Shown here piece after piece: positions 1-10,690 of a stretch of DNA of 64,000 bases. This DNA is from an uncultured Poribacteria bacterium. Lineage in GTDB: Bacteria; Poribacteria; WGA-4E; WGA-3G. The position numbers were made by a program, and so were the translations under genes. The notes beneath the pieces are model-generated. The model was not told the DNA's origin, did no database searches, and saw only the letters and a program-made list of their open reading frames with translations. Location of the stretch: the NCBI GenBank assembly GCA_958296135.2, contig CATQHZ020000001.1, positions 960,001-1,024,000 on the forward strand, written 5' to 3'. Each line of letters begins with the position of its first letter. Position 1 is the first letter of the stretch.

Positions 1-61
1 CCTGCGCTGTAGTGATGTCGCCTTGGATGAGCTCAATGCGGGCATTTTGTGTAAGGTGCAT
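1..61 (-). CDS. Macro-domain (ADP-ribose-binding/YmdB-like) protein, 5' end only, truncated by window edge
   Basis: Minus strand from ATG at 61 reads MHLTQNARIELIQGDITTAQ; IELIQGDIT is the typical macro-domain N-terminal motif. Confidence 0.65.
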   Translation of the reverse strand, partial: MHLTQNARIELIQGDITTAQ

Positions 62-70
62 GGTTTGTTT

Positions 71-260
71 CTGTTCCCTGAAATCGAGACATATCTGGAT
101 AAATCCGTGCGAATCCGTCCGATTTCTGAAGTTCCTGCTTCATCACGAGGTGCCTCCGAATGAGGGCTTACCTTCGCTCCACAGGCGTTTAAGGTATTAC
201 CTCTCGGATACGAGAGGTAATACCCATGCCTCTCCGTCAAACCAGCGGCGAGGGTTCTAA
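71..260 (-). ncRNA. Putative TnpB omegaRNA (reRNA) scaffold
   Basis: Minus strand contains GCCTGTGGAG...GTAAG...TGAAGCAGGAA, typical of tnpB 3' regions, plus a perfect 14-bp hairpin (193-206/211-224). Confidence 0.6.
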
Positions 261-1319
261 ATTTATAGCAGCGTTCCGGTCGCGGTCCATCCGCAACCCA
301 CAGTCACTGCAGTGATACTCACGTTCCGATAACGTGAGCGTATCCTTCTTATATCCGCAAGCACTGCACGTCTTCGAGGAAGCGAACCACTGAGATGCTT
401 CCTCAATATGCACGCCAAGTGCCTGTGCCTTCGTCTTTAACTTGGAGAGGAATCCACCCAGTGCAGCGTCCGACAATGCTTTCGCAAGCCGACGGTTCTT
501 GAGCATACCTTTGACGTTCAGAGACTCAATGCCTATCGCCGACACGCCCTGCACAATCGCCGTGCTGGCTTTGTGATGCGCGTCTTCGCGGATGCAAGCG
601 ATACGATAGTGGATACGGACAACACGTTCCTTCTTTTTCCACCAATTCTGACTACGATAGACTGAACGACTCAGGGCGCGCTGCGCACGGCAAAGTTGAC
701 GTTGATAACGGGCCAAGGCGCGTGGGTTTCCAAAGGTGCGTCCATCAGAGCAAGTGGCGAGGGTGTTGATACCCACATCGATGCCCACGGGAGGCAAACC
801 ACGTAAATCGGGCTTGGAAACCATTGACAGGGTTTCGACGAGCACCGATGCAAACCAACGATGCCCTCGCTTCTTAATCACTACGCGCATCACGTCGCCT
901 TTGAACCGCAATGCTTCAAACGTCCGCACCCAGCCTATCTTCGGCAGGAAAAGCCGTTTACCTTCACATTTTATCGCATTGCGTTTATTGTCGACGCGAA
1001 ACGATTGTTTACCCGACTTCCGCTTATACTTTGGAAACTTGGCAAGTTTGTTTTTCCACCGTTGACACGCCGTGTTAAAATCATCGAAGGCATGTGATGC
1101 TACGCGGGCGATGAGCGGTTTCTGCCAGTCAAACTGCGTATCTTTTACGGCATTAAACCGAGTGCGTAGCGTGCGCCCATTCCGCCATTCGCCTTCAGCT
1201 AACCCTGCTTTGAAATCGGACAAAGCAGCGTTATAGACAAATCGGCGGAATCCCGCGTGCTGATGAAATTGTTGAACCTGTGCCGTTGTCGGGCGCAGTG
1301 CAATATTGTGCGTTTTCAT
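237..1319 (-). CDS. tnpB: RNA-guided endonuclease TnpB
   Basis: HTH start MKTHNIALRPT, RuvC-I VGIDVG, RuvC-II IGIESLN, Zn finger CSAC..CSDC, RuvC-III DRDRNAAINL; D-E-D triad intact; ATG at 1319 preferred as start. Confidence 0.95.
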   Translation of the reverse strand: MKTHNIALRPTTAQVQQFHQHAGFRRFVYNAALSDFKAGLAEGEWRNGRTLRTRFNAVKDTQFDWQKPLIARVASHAFDDFNTACQRWKNKLAKFPKYKRKSGKQSFRVDNKRNAIKCEGKRLFLPKIGWVRTFEALRFKGDVMRVVIKKRGHRWFASVLVETLSMVSKPDLRGLPPVGIDVGINTLATCSDGRTFGNPRALARYQRQLCRAQRALSRSVYRSQNWWKKKERVVRIHYRIACIREDAHHKASTAIVQGVSAIGIESLNVKGMLKNRRLAKALSDAALGGFLSKLKTKAQALGVHIEEASQWFASSKTCSACGYKKDTLTLSEREYHCSDCGLRMDRDRNAAINLEPSPLV

Positions 1320-1483
1320 GAGGTGTTCCCGTATGCCGTGTTTGCCTTTATCACAAGGTGGGCAATGCGCTGGCGGTGATATCATTGCCCAACACGGTAA
1401 CACTTATGTTGCCGTTTATCACGATAAATCCGCTTTTACCACGATGTGTCTCGATTTTCGGGGGCTAGGAACGTCCTCCTCGG

Positions 1484-1707
1484 CACGGCGAGGGACAGTT
1501 CCTCGCGCTACGGTTTTGGTGCTGCTTGCGTTACGAGGGACAGTGGACATCTCTGCAGCGAGGCTGCAGAGATGACAAAGTTAAAGTAAGGTAGCGTGTT
1601 TACGCGGGGCGACACACGCACGTTTGCTGTAGACGTGACCGTGTTTACGCGGGGCGACACACGCACGTTTGCTGTAGGCGTGACCGTGACGGCCCTCGCC
1701 CTACGGT
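1484..1707. repeat. GTAG-type REP pair, one carrying a 148-bp insert (1543-1690)
   Basis: gcgagggacag..cctcgcgctacgg hairpins; insert GTGGACATCTCTGCAGC...GGCGTGACCGTGAC with an internal tandem duplication. Confidence 0.85.
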
Positions 1708-1711
1708 TCTC

Positions 1712-2677
1712 TCACCGTCTTTTCTGAAGAAAGCCGGTCTGATGCAATTCCTGCAGCACAAATGGTTCTATCGGGTTCTCGCTGTTGAGTCGTGCGTAGC
1801 CGATACCCTGTTCTGCGCAGAAGCGTTGCAAGTTGGCACAAAAAGTTTTGTGTTGATGCTGATACTGCGCAAGGGTTTCCTCATTCATCGTAATGGCTTT
1901 CGTTTCGCCGGTTTCGGCATCTTCCAATTGCCACTGGTGTCCGTAGGGTGAAGCCTTGTCCTTCGCCATGCCCGTTTGAATTGGCTCTGTCTCCTCCGAG
2001 CTCATTAGATGAATTGCGGTTAGCGAGAACCCGCGGCCTGCCAATAGCTTGAAACCGGTTGCGTAACCGTCTGCATCTAAAAAATCTGACAAGATGACAG
2101 TGACACCTGGCCGGGGTTGATGTGTTGCAAGGTGGCTGAGGCAGGCGGTTATTCGGGTTCCGTCTGCATGGCGAGGGACAGAGGCGGACGGCTGCCCTAC
2201 GGTTACGGAAGGCGGTTCCTGTGCCTCAATTGTCTCAAGAACCTTCGTGATGCGTGGGAACTGCGATTTTCCTGATGTCGGCGGCAGGGTTGCAACGAGG
2301 CGTTCTGCGAACGTGTAAACGGCGAGGCTGTCGGAATGGGCAACTGCAATGAAGGCTAGTGCCGCTGCAATCTGCTTTGCGCGCGTTAATTTTGTCGGAT
2401 TCCCAAACTGCATCGAGCGGCTATTATCGATGAGGCATGTGACTGGCAGTTCTTCGTCGGCTTGGAAGAGTTTGATAAAGGGCTTCTCTAGGCGTGCGTA
2501 GACGTTCCAGTCGAGGTGCCGCAAATCATCGCCGAGTTCATAGACGCGATAATCGGCGAATTCGATGCCGGTTCCGCGGTTGAGGCTTCGGCGTTCGCCT
2601 CTCAATTTTCCGCGGAACGAGTGTTTCGTGCGGATAGAGTAAGGTTGAAGTTGTTTCAGAAATTCCGGTGTCAACAT
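1712..2677 (-). CDS. DUF58 family (MoxR-associated VWA-like) protein
   Basis: GERRSLNRGTGIEFADYRVYELGDDLRHLDWNVYAR, LIDNSRSM, ILSDFLD. Confidence 0.92.
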   Translation of the reverse strand: MLTPEFLKQLQPYSIRTKHSFRGKLRGERRSLNRGTGIEFADYRVYELGDDLRHLDWNVYARLEKPFIKLFQADEELPVTCLIDNSRSMQFGNPTKLTRAKQIAAALAFIAVAHSDSLAVYTFAERLVATLPPTSGKSQFPRITKVLETIEAQEPPSVTVGQPSASVPRHADGTRITACLSHLATHQPRPGVTVILSDFLDADGYATGFKLLAGRGFSLTAIHLMSSEETEPIQTGMAKDKASPYGHQWQLEDAETGETKAITMNEETLAQYQHQHKTFCANLQRFCAEQGIGYARLNSENPIEPFVLQELHQTGFLQKRR

Positions 2678-2869
2678 CGGTTTTAGCGTATTTGTCCCAC
2701 AATGTGCCAGTTCGTGATGGACGCAAGTGCCAGATTCTCCACCGTTGCACGCTTTGGCAGCGCGCCTACGGGGTCGCGTACAAGTTCAGGCCTACAAGTT
2801 CAGGCCCACAAGTTTTGTGAGGAATTATAGCAGCTCTGAAGAAAAAAAGCAAGAAATTTCAAATTTAAC

Positions 2870-2898
2870 TTGACAAACGCGGGAAAATGTGTTATAAT
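2870..2898 (+). promoter_or_regulatory. Sigma70 promoter of the tRNA-tig operon
   Basis: TTGACA-17 bp-TATAAT, perfect consensus with TG extension. Confidence 0.85.
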
Positions 2899-2971
2899 TA
2901 TTAACGGTCTTCACGTTTAGGGGTGGTAGCGGCTGTAAAAAGTTTTGCTGCCTTTAACTCACAACGAATTT

Positions 2972-3046
2972 CGGGGCGTAGCGCAGCCCGGCTAGCGCGT
3001 CTGCTTTGGGAGCAGAAGGTCGGAGGTTCAAATCCTCTCGCCCCGA
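2972..3046 (+). tRNA. tRNA-Pro(TGG)
   Basis: Cloverleaf CGGGGCG../..CGCCCCG, anticodon arm tctgc-TTTGGGA-gcaga, T-loop GGTTCAAATCC; CCA not encoded. Confidence 0.95.
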
Positions 3047-3063
3047 TCTGCCATACAAAATGC

Positions 3064-3137
3064 GCGCCTATAGCTCAATCGGATAGAGCAACGGATTTCT
3101 AATCCGTAGGTTGCAGGTTCGATTCCTGCTAGGCGTG
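3064..3137 (+). tRNA. tRNA-Arg(TCT)
   Basis: GCGCCTA../..TAGGCGT acceptor, anticodon arm acgga-TTTCTAA-tccgt, GGTTCGATTCC. Confidence 0.95.
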
Positions 3138-3191
3138 TTAGGGAAGGCGTAGTTTGCGCGGGACAGGCGTTCGCGCTGCGATAAATCTTGC

Positions 3192-3264
3192 GGTGGATGT
3201 AGCTCAGGGGTAGAGCACTTGACTGTGGATCAAGTGGGCGTGGGTTCAAATCCCATCATCCACC
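3192..3264 (+). tRNA. tRNA-His(GTG)
   Basis: G-1 plus GTGGATG../..CATCCAC-C, anticodon arm cttga-CTGTGGA-tcaag. Confidence 0.95.
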
Positions 3265-3434
3265 TTTCATCGGCTTGTAGTGCGGGATACCCTCCTGTCC
3301 TGCACTACGGGGGGCATTCTAAGAGAGGATGGGCGTTAAGACGGGCCTGTCCGCCCGACGGTTTGCGGTTCTGCTTAGCGTGGTTACTGTTTCAATCGCG
3401 ATGCTGTTCTGTCGGGTTCAAAGCGAGAAAAGGT

Positions 3435-3507
3435 GCGCCGTTAGCTCAATTGGCAGAGCATCTGACTCTTAATCAGGCGGTTGAAGGTTCGATTCCTTCA
3501 CGGCGCA
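3435..3507 (+). tRNA. tRNA-Lys(CTT)
   Basis: GCGCCGT../..ACGGCGC, anticodon arm tctga-CTCTTAA-tcagg. Confidence 0.95.
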
Positions 3508-3564
3508 ATTTTTCTGTATGGCCCGAAGGGGGCTGCGTGAGTTTTTGAGCGCGCGAGCCCTTTT

Positions 3565-3649
3565 GGGCGGGTGCTGGAATTGGTAGACAGGATAGACTTA
3601 GGATCTATTGGGGTTACGCCTCGTGAGGGTTCAAGTCCCTCCTCGCCCA
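3565..3649 (+). tRNA. tRNA-Leu(TAG)
   Basis: GGGCGGG../..CTCGCCC, anticodon arm ataga-CTTAGGA-tctat, long variable arm. Confidence 0.95.
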
Positions 3650-3892
3650 TACTGAAACCCGTGGGTTATGGCTTTCTAGTGTTCGGCATGCGTGATGCGG
3701 TATCAAGGATGCAATAGCATTTTCAGGATGGTTATCGCGCTTCGGTGCCGCCGAGAAAACTCTACCTACTACGCGATAAAATCGGAGCGCATTCCAAAGT
3801 TTTTGGAGAAGTAACTATTCCGATAAAGCACCGCGAGGTGCTTCATGTCTATAGGAGATGGCCGTGTTCCGCTTTGCGGCCGTACAGAAAAT

Positions 3893-5197
3893 TTGAAAGT
3901 TGAAGTTGAAAGGCTAGACAGCACGCAAGTCCGTTTGGATATTGAGGTGCCTGTTGAAGATGTCAATCAGGCACTTGAGGAGACGTACCAGTCTCTCCGC
4001 GACCAGGTGGCGATTCCGGGTTTTCGGAAAGGGCGCGTTCCGGTCCGAATCCTAAAGACGCGTTACCCTGAGTACATCAACAGCGAGAGCGTCCGGCACC
4101 TCGTCGTCAACGCGTATGAAGAGGCTATCTATGCGGAACATTTGACACCTCTTGCGCAGCCTGTTTTCGCGCCGCCGCTCAAACAGCTCAACGTCAGCGA
4201 GAACCGGCCGCTCATCTTCTCCGCCACCGTTGACATCCGCCCGAGTCTCAGCCTGCCCCAGTATGATGAACTGACGACAGACAAGGCCCCTGTTGATGTG
4301 CCGCGCGAAGAAGTCGACGCGTATATTGAGCAGCTGCGTTCACAATCCGCAACTTATGAGCCGCTTGAGGACGAACGGCCCGTCCAAGAGAGCGATTGTG
4401 TCCGATTGGACTGGGAGTGCTTTATCAACGGTGAACACGTTGAGGCTGAATCCCGCCAAGATGTCGACGTAGAGCTCGGCGTAGGCGCATTTCACGAGCA
4501 ACTTGAGGCAGTACTCATTGGCATGGAAATCGGGGATACGCGGGCGGTAGAGATTCCGTTTGATGCAAACCACCCTTCGCCTATCCTCGCCGGAAACACT
4601 GCGCGCTATGAGTTGACACTGCACGCGCTTACGCGGAAGCTGCTCCCCGAGTTGGACGACGAATTCGCGAAGGACCTGGGATATGAAAATTATTCCCAAC
4701 TCTACGGCGTTATCTGGAACAATCTCGTTGAGGAAGAACGGAGCCGGCATGTGGAGCGTCAACGCGCTGAACTCTTAGAGCAACTCATTGAGAAAACCGA
4801 TATCACTGTGCCGGAAACTTTAGTGCAGCAGGCACTCCGGAACCTGCAACAGCAATTTGCTGCAGAGCAGGCGCAGCAGGCAGGGGCAGGCGCGTCAGCG
4901 GGGCATCCGAGCGGCGCGCTCCCGGCAGAATTGCGGCCAGATGTGATTAAACAGATAAAGCAGTCTTGGCTCTTTGATGCAATCGCCGAGCGCGAAGGCA
5001 TTCACGTTACTGACGATGAATTGGAATTAGAGATTCGGCGCGCCGCGGAGCATCAGAATAGGGATGCACAAGACTATGCCAACTTGCTCAAATCGAGCAA
5101 CCGCTTGGAAGATTTCCGCAGCCAATTACAGAACGAGAAAATCTATCAATTCCTGATCCAACGTGCATCCACAAGTCGTTCACTTATCATCACGTGA
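3893..5197 (+). CDS. tig: Trigger factor
   Basis: Ribosome-binding signature IPGFRKGRVP, LPELDDEFAKDLG; follows tRNA-Leu, precedes clpP; TTG at 3893 (LKVEVE) or ATG at 3845 as start. Confidence 0.95.
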   Translation: MKVEVERLDSTQVRLDIEVPVEDVNQALEETYQSLRDQVAIPGFRKGRVPVRILKTRYPEYINSESVRHLVVNAYEEAIYAEHLTPLAQPVFAPPLKQLNVSENRPLIFSATVDIRPSLSLPQYDELTTDKAPVDVPREEVDAYIEQLRSQSATYEPLEDERPVQESDCVRLDWECFINGEHVEAESRQDVDVELGVGAFHEQLEAVLIGMEIGDTRAVEIPFDANHPSPILAGNTARYELTLHALTRKLLPELDDEFAKDLGYENYSQLYGVIWNNLVEEERSRHVERQRAELLEQLIEKTDITVPETLVQQALRNLQQQFAAEQAQQAGAGASAGHPSGALPAELRPDVIKQIKQSWLFDAIAEREGIHVTDDELELEIRRAAEHQNRDAQDYANLLKSSNRLEDFRSQLQNEKIYQFLIQRASTSRSLIIT

Positions 5198-5315
5198 GTT
5201 TTTCGTGCTGGCATCAAGCCTTTAGGCGTTGACGTGGCAGGGAACTCCGTTTACCTATCCGCAGGTCGCGTCAAGCGCGGAGACTTGGTATAACGCGTCG
5301 CGAAATACGAAAAAT

Positions 5316-5915
5316 ATGCTTATCCCCTTTGTTGTTGAACAAACCAGCCGAGGCGAACGTTCTTACGACATTTATTCTCGGCTTCTTGAAGACCGGATTA
5401 TCATGATAGGTTCACCGATTGATGATAATACGGTAGCGAACGTTGTCACGGCGCAGATGCTATTCTTAGAGGGCAAAGACCCGGGTGCTGACATTACCCT
5501 CTATATCAACAGTCCCGGCGGTTCTGTCTCAGCGGGCTTGGCTATCTACGACACAATGCAGTATATCAAGTCTGATGTGCAGACGTGGTGCATCGGTAGG
5601 GCTTACAGCATGGGTGCTATTCTGCTTGCTGCGGGCGCGCCAGGGAAACGCTATGCGTTGCCCCACGCGAAGGCCCTCATTCATCAGCCGATGGCGAGCG
5701 GTATCGGTGGGCAAGCTTCCGATATTAGCATCCATGCGGCCGAGATTCTACAAGAACGGGAGCGGCTTTACCAAATCTTGGCGAAGCATACCGGTCAGCG
5801 GATAGAGAAAATCGCTGCGGATGCGGATAGGGATTTTTATATGACAGCGGCGGAGGCCCTTGAGTACGGCATCGTGGACGAGGTTGTTGCGCAGCGTGCG
5901 GAACAACAGCGGTAA
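5316..5915 (+). CDS. clpP: ATP-dependent Clp protease proteolytic subunit
   Basis: [33 protein letters not shown], catalytic SMG, IHQP, DRDFYM. Confidence 0.97.
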   Translation: MLIPFVVEQTSRGERSYDIYSRLLEDRIIMIGSPIDDNTVANVVTAQMLFLEGKDPGADITLYINSPGGSVSAGLAIYDTMQYIKSDVQTWCIGRAYSMGAILLAAGAPGKRYALPHAKALIHQPMASGIGGQASDISIHAAEILQERERLYQILAKHTGQRIEKIAADADRDFYMTAAEALEYGIVDEVVAQRAEQQR

Positions 5916-5995
5916 GCGCGGGGGTGCTCCGTGTGCGGTTTGTAAGCGCGCCTCTGGTGTGCGTGCTGCGTAAGCCAAAAAGGATAGAACCTATT

Positions 5996-7519
5996 ATGTC
6001 ACAATCAATATACGGTGAAATGTCTTGTTCTTTTTGCAAGCGGGATAGTTCGCAAGTCCGCCGGCTCCTTCAGGGACCGCGGGCTAACATTTGCCTTCAA
6101 TGCATCGTCCGTCTTTCAGAAGCAACGCATGAGCATGCGACGTGTGCGTTCTGTGGGCTCAATAACACGCAGGTTGCGTCTGGGCTGCTGAGTGGACTTG
6201 AAGCAAACATCTGTCACGACTGCCTGGGTCAGTGCATTTCTGTTTGCAACGATGTTCTGGCGCAAGGGCCGAGTAACCGTGCTGCCGGTTCAGTGGATGC
6301 GTTTTCTCCCTCAAAATCGGAGAATGTGAACACGCGGCAGCGGCAGCCCCGTGGCCAGCGTGAGAGAGCAGAAAGCAAGAAAGAGCCCGAGGTCCCGAGT
6401 ATCCTTACTGAAGAACCGCCTACCCCCACCGAGATTAAGGCGCGGCTTGATGAATACGTCATCGGGCAGGAGCGCGCGAAAAAAGCGTTATCCGTCGCCG
6501 TTTATGCCCACTACAAACGCTTAAAACACGCTCTGACGCTAGGAAAGTCCACGGATGCTGACGATGTTGAGTTAGATAAGAGCAACATCTTGATGATGGG
6601 GCCGACCGGTACTGGGAAAACCCTGCTGGCGCAGACGCTTGCCCGCGTGTTGAACGTTCCGTTCGCGATTACGGATGCGACAACGTTGACGGAAGCGGGC
6701 TATGTTGGCGAGGATGTGGAAAACATTCTTCTTAAGCTTCTGCAAGCGGCGGATGGGGATGTTGCGCGCGCGGAAACCGGTATCATCTATATTGATGAGA
6801 TCGATAAAATTACCCGCAAATCCGAGAATCCTTCGATTACCCGCGATGTTTCCGGCGAGGGTGTGCAGCAGGCGTTGCTCAAGATTCTGGAAGGCACCGT
6901 TGCGAGTGTGCCACCCCGTGGTGGCCGCAAACACCCGCAGCAAGAGGTGATTCAGGTGAACACCAAGCCGGTTTTGTTTATCTGCGCTGGTACCTTTATC
7001 GGGTTAGAGAACCTTATCAAGCATCGGCTTGGAAAACGGCGCATCGGTTTCGGTTCCGAGATTCAGCCTGCCGGCGGCGCAACTTCCGTAGCCGCAAGGG
7101 ACACAATCCTCACCCAGGCGACACCGAAGGACCTGGTTCGATACGGCTTAATCCCTGAATTAATCGGCCGGCTGCCGATTGTGACAACCTTGCGTGAATT
7201 GGACGCATCGGCGTTAATCCGCATTTTGACGGAGCCGAAAAATGCGTTGGTGAAACAATACGCGCAACTTTTGGCCTACGAGGGTGTGCAATTAGTCGTC
7301 ACCGATGCGGCCTTATCCGCGATTGCGCAAAAAGTGATTGAGCGTGAGACCGGCGCGCGCGGGTTAAGGGCTGTGTTTGAAGACATCATGATGGATACGC
7401 TCTATCACCTCCCTTCGCTTGATGGGGTGGAAACGTGTCATGTTACGGAAGTGTGTGTGCTTGATAACGAGCCGCCGGAGCTGATTTACAGTGAGTCGGA
7501 GGAACGAAAAACGGCTTAG
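5996..7519 (+). CDS. clpX: ATP-dependent Clp protease ATP-binding subunit with two N-terminal C4 zinc fingers
   Basis: [34 protein letters not shown] loop, TGARGLR. Confidence 0.97.
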   Translation: MSQSIYGEMSCSFCKRDSSQVRRLLQGPRANICLQCIVRLSEATHEHATCAFCGLNNTQVASGLLSGLEANICHDCLGQCISVCNDVLAQGPSNRAAGSVDAFSPSKSENVNTRQRQPRGQRERAESKKEPEVPSILTEEPPTPTEIKARLDEYVIGQERAKKALSVAVYAHYKRLKHALTLGKSTDADDVELDKSNILMMGPTGTGKTLLAQTLARVLNVPFAITDATTLTEAGYVGEDVENILLKLLQAADGDVARAETGIIYIDEIDKITRKSENPSITRDVSGEGVQQALLKILEGTVASVPPRGGRKHPQQEVIQVNTKPVLFICAGTFIGLENLIKHRLGKRRIGFGSEIQPAGGATSVAARDTILTQATPKDLVRYGLIPELIGRLPIVTTLRELDASALIRILTEPKNALVKQYAQLLAYEGVQLVVTDAALSAIAQKVIERETGARGLRAVFEDIMMDTLYHLPSLDGVETCHVTEVCVLDNEPPELIYSESEERKTA

Positions 7520-7771
7520 TTGGCTTCTGTTCCGACAAAATTCACCGACTAGTGGAAAAATTCTTGATGCCACATTATTTCGTCAGGGGTGCTTTGCGCA
7601 AAACCTGGCATAAAAATTCTCTGACGAGAGGTGTCGGTTCCAATTAACCTCTATCGTTCGGCGTTGCCTGATTCCGCACGAGTCAAGTTCGGGTGTTTTG
7701 GTTTCCCTACAGCGGGGAGACGAATCAACCTCATCAAGAATTCGCCACTGCGCCATAAGGGAGGACAAAAA

Positions 7772-10207
7772 ATGTCAAGAGAACCTGAAATTATCCGCTT
7801 ACCCATTGTCTATCTGCCGCCAGATTTTGAGACGATTTTTCCGCGGTCCAAATCGCTTTTGAACGTTGCACGCAAGATGGGTGTCAGCGCGACGCACGCG
7901 GCACTCCGCGCCCAGCGGCGGATCATCCTTCTCCACCAAGTTTTCCCCATGGCAGCAGATGAAGAAGTCACCTCTTCTGAGCAGCTCCATGGTGTCGGTT
8001 CAGTTGCACATATCATTGAGTTCTATGAGCCGGGCGATGGCACTATCCGCCTTGCGGTTGAGGCGGAGCACCGCGCTATTGTCCTTCGGTGCGCGAATAT
8101 GGAAGAATTTTTGAAAGCGGAGGTGCAAGTTGTGCCGGAGGAACTCGGCTTGGCGAGTGCTGCTGCGCCGTTGATGCAGGAAGTCCGCAAACTTTTCGGA
8201 ACGTTCGCTGCCTCAATCAATGCTGGGGGCCGCCAGAAAGAGCTCGCCGAGATCAAAGGCACCTTAGATAAGCAGGAGGAGCCGGGCCACCTCGCCGATA
8301 CGCTTGCAGGATTCATACCGCTGTCTATAACAGACCGGCGCGTCGTCATTGAGGAGTTGAACCCGATAAAGCGGTTGCAGTTCGTTGGGCGGCTCTTGAA
8401 GGAAGAGTTGGAGCGTGTTGAGCTGAAGGATGACATCCATAATCAGGTGCGCGAATCTGTTCAGAAGACGCACCGCGAATTCTATCTTCAGGAGCAAATG
8501 AAGGTTATCCAGAAGGAGCTCGGGCGCGATGAAATCGCTGAGGTTGAGGAGCTGCGGGAGCAGGTGAAAGCTGCTGGGATGCCCGAGGAGGCGGAGGAGA
8601 AAGCCCTCAAGGAACTCGCTCGGCTTGCGCAGATTCCTCCGATGTCGGCTGAATCCGGCGTTATCCGCACGTATGTGGATTGTATTCTCGCCTTACCGTG
8701 GAACGAACGCACCGAGCATCAGGTGCAGCTCCCCGAGGCAGAACGCATTCTTGATGCAGACCATTATGGGTTAGCGAAGCCGAAGGAGAGCGTGCTGGAG
8801 TATCTCGCCGTTTTGCAGCTCGTCAAGCATTTGAAGGGCCCTATTCTCTGTCTTGTTGGGCCGCCGGGTGTGGGGAAGACATCGCTGGGGAAATCGATAG
8901 CCCGTGCTACCGGCAGAAAGTTTGTCCGCATGTCACTCGGTGGGGTGCGAGATGAGGCGGAGATTCGGGGGCATAGACGTACCTATATCGGCTCGATTCC
9001 GGGGCGTATTCTCCAGGGGCTTCGCGATGTGAAATCGAAAAACCCGCTGTTCTTGCTGGACGAGATTGACAAGTTGAGCTCTGATTTCCGGGGAGACCCG
9101 GCCTCAGCACTCCTTGAAGTGTTGGACCCGGAACAGAACGCCACTTTCCGGGACCACTACCTCGATATCCCGTTCGATCTTTCAGATGTGATGTTCGTTA
9201 CGACAGCGAACACGCGTATCACTATTCCGGCTGCGCTTCAAGATAGGATGGACATCATCGAGTTGCCGGGCTACACCGATTTCGAGAAGCACAACATCGC
9301 TACCTTCGCGCCGAATGGGCTAATTCCAAAGCAGCTCAAGTTGCACGGTTTGTCGGAAGAGCACATTAAGTTTACGGAGGAGGCGATTTTTGAAATCGTT
9401 CACAAGTATACCCGCGAGGCAGGTGTTCGCAATCTTGAGCGTTCTATCACTAGCGTCTGTCGCAAAATTGCGAGGCAGATTGTGACGGATGACACGCCGG
9501 AGATTGAAGTTGACATCACGCCGTTGAACCTGAGTGACTACCTCGGTCCTGCGAAGTGGACGCGCACGAAGGCAGAGGAGCACGACGAGATCGGTGTCGC
9601 GACCGGGCTGGTTTGGACGCAAATCGGCGGCGATATCGTTTCCGTTGAAGCGACAACGATGCAGGGTGAGGGGAAGTTGAACATGACGGGGCAATTGCAG
9701 GAAGTGATGCGCGAATCGGTGCAAACTGCTGTGGCCTATATCCGTTCTAACGCTGAATCTTTTGGGCTTAGCGGGCATCGTTTTGATGAACAGGAGCTCC
9801 ATATCCATATTCCGGAAGGTGCTGTGCCGAAGGATGGCCCCTCTGCAGGCATCACTGTTGCGACGGCGATTCTGTCGGCGTTAACGGGCAGAGCGGTTCG
9901 CAAGGATGTCGCCATGACAGGTGAGATAACGCTCCGGGGGCGGGTTCTAACCATCGGCGGGCTCAAGGAGAAGGCACTCGCCGCCTATCGCAATGGCATT
10001 TGTGACATCATTATTCCGGAAGAGAACGAGAAGGATTTGGCGGACATCCCGACAGAGATTCGGGAGGGGCTTCACTTCCACAAAGTAACGGACATGACGC
10101 AGGTGCTGTCGATAGCCTTCGCCGATGGCGAGGGGCTGGTTTCGGATGCGGCGGACATGCCGGTGCCAACGGCGGATGTGCTTTTGGGTGAAGATTTCAC
10201 CGGTTAA
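7772..10207 (+). CDS. lon: Lon protease
   Basis: [33 protein letters not shown]; SD GGAGG before ATG 7772. Confidence 0.97.
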   Translation: MSREPEIIRLPIVYLPPDFETIFPRSKSLLNVARKMGVSATHAALRAQRRIILLHQVFPMAADEEVTSSEQLHGVGSVAHIIEFYEPGDGTIRLAVEAEHRAIVLRCANMEEFLKAEVQVVPEELGLASAAAPLMQEVRKLFGTFAASINAGGRQKELAEIKGTLDKQEEPGHLADTLAGFIPLSITDRRVVIEELNPIKRLQFVGRLLKEELERVELKDDIHNQVRESVQKTHREFYLQEQMKVIQKELGRDEIAEVEELREQVKAAGMPEEAEEKALKELARLAQIPPMSAESGVIRTYVDCILALPWNERTEHQVQLPEAERILDADHYGLAKPKESVLEYLAVLQLVKHLKGPILCLVGPPGVGKTSLGKSIARATGRKFVRMSLGGVRDEAEIRGHRRTYIGSIPGRILQGLRDVKSKNPLFLLDEIDKLSSDFRGDPASALLEVLDPEQNATFRDHYLDIPFDLSDVMFVTTANTRITIPAALQDRMDIIELPGYTDFEKHNIATFAPNGLIPKQLKLHGLSEEHIKFTEEAIFEIVHKYTREAGVRNLERSITSVCRKIARQIVTDDTPEIEVDITPLNLSDYLGPAKWTRTKAEEHDEIGVATGLVWTQIGGDIVSVEATTMQGEGKLNMTGQLQEVMRESVQTAVAYIRSNAESFGLSGHRFDEQELHIHIPEGAVPKDGPSAGITVATAILSALTGRAVRKDVAMTGEITLRGRVLTIGGLKEKALAAYRNGICDIIIPEENEKDLADIPTEIREGLHFHKVTDMTQVLSIAFADGEGLVSDAADMPVPTADVLLGEDFTG

Positions 10208-10342
10208 TTTTTCGGTGGGATGCTGCAGGAACCCCGTAGGCGTATTAATGTGGGTGCGTATGATTGATAAGGCATCGAGACGCGGAATGTCTCTCCTACC
10301 CCGTAGGCGTATTAATGTGTGTGCGTATCCCTGGGACATAAT

Positions 10343-10627
10343 ATGCGATTGGACAAATTCCTACAAGTGAGCCGTCTTGTGAAGCGGCGAACTGTGGCAA
10401 ACACGCTCTGCAACCGTGGCAAGGTTTACGTCAATGGCCACCCTGCAAAGGCTGGGAGGGCCCTGGCTGTCGGCGATATTCTCCGTTTACCGGCACCGGA
10501 ACCGGCATTCACCGAGCTCGGTGCGCCAGAACGCGACGCTGTTGAGCCTGAATACGAGGTGCTAGAGATTCCCTCTGGGAATGTTTCACGCGCTCGTGCG
10601 CCGACGTTATACCGGCTCCGGCGATAG
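10343..10627 (+). CDS. rqcP: S4-domain ribosome quality control protein (YabO/RqcP/Hsp15 family)
   Basis: MRLDKFLQVSRLVKRRTVA..VNG..K..VGD motif. Confidence 0.8.
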   Translation: MRLDKFLQVSRLVKRRTVANTLCNRGKVYVNGHPAKAGRALAVGDILRLPAPEPAFTELGAPERDAVEPEYEVLEIPSGNVSRARAPTLYRLRR

Positions 10628-10690
10628 GAGGGGAGCCCCAAGAACAACGGAGTTATCGCCGACGGCGATGACAGCCCTGGGAATCAGGAT

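Larger units (their letters stand above)
71..1475 (-). mobile_element. Non-autonomous IS607-like (IS200/IS605 superfamily) element carrying only tnpB
   Basis: tnpB plus downstream omegaRNA-like sequence. Both ends share AAATCGAGAC(A)YATC in inverted orientation and CGGATTTATC in direct orientation. The right end has ~10-bp periodic GAT motifs and ends GGAACAG. No tnpA. Boundaries inferred. Confidence 0.6.

Noticed and set aside
3265-3434. Extra tRNA or ncRNA in the His-Lys spacer
   Set aside because: Hairpins are present but there is no T-loop or cloverleaf; not supportable
7520-7771. CIRCE or CtsR heat-shock operator before lon
   Set aside because: No TTAGCACTC-N9-GAGTGCTAA or GTCAAA heptad repeat found
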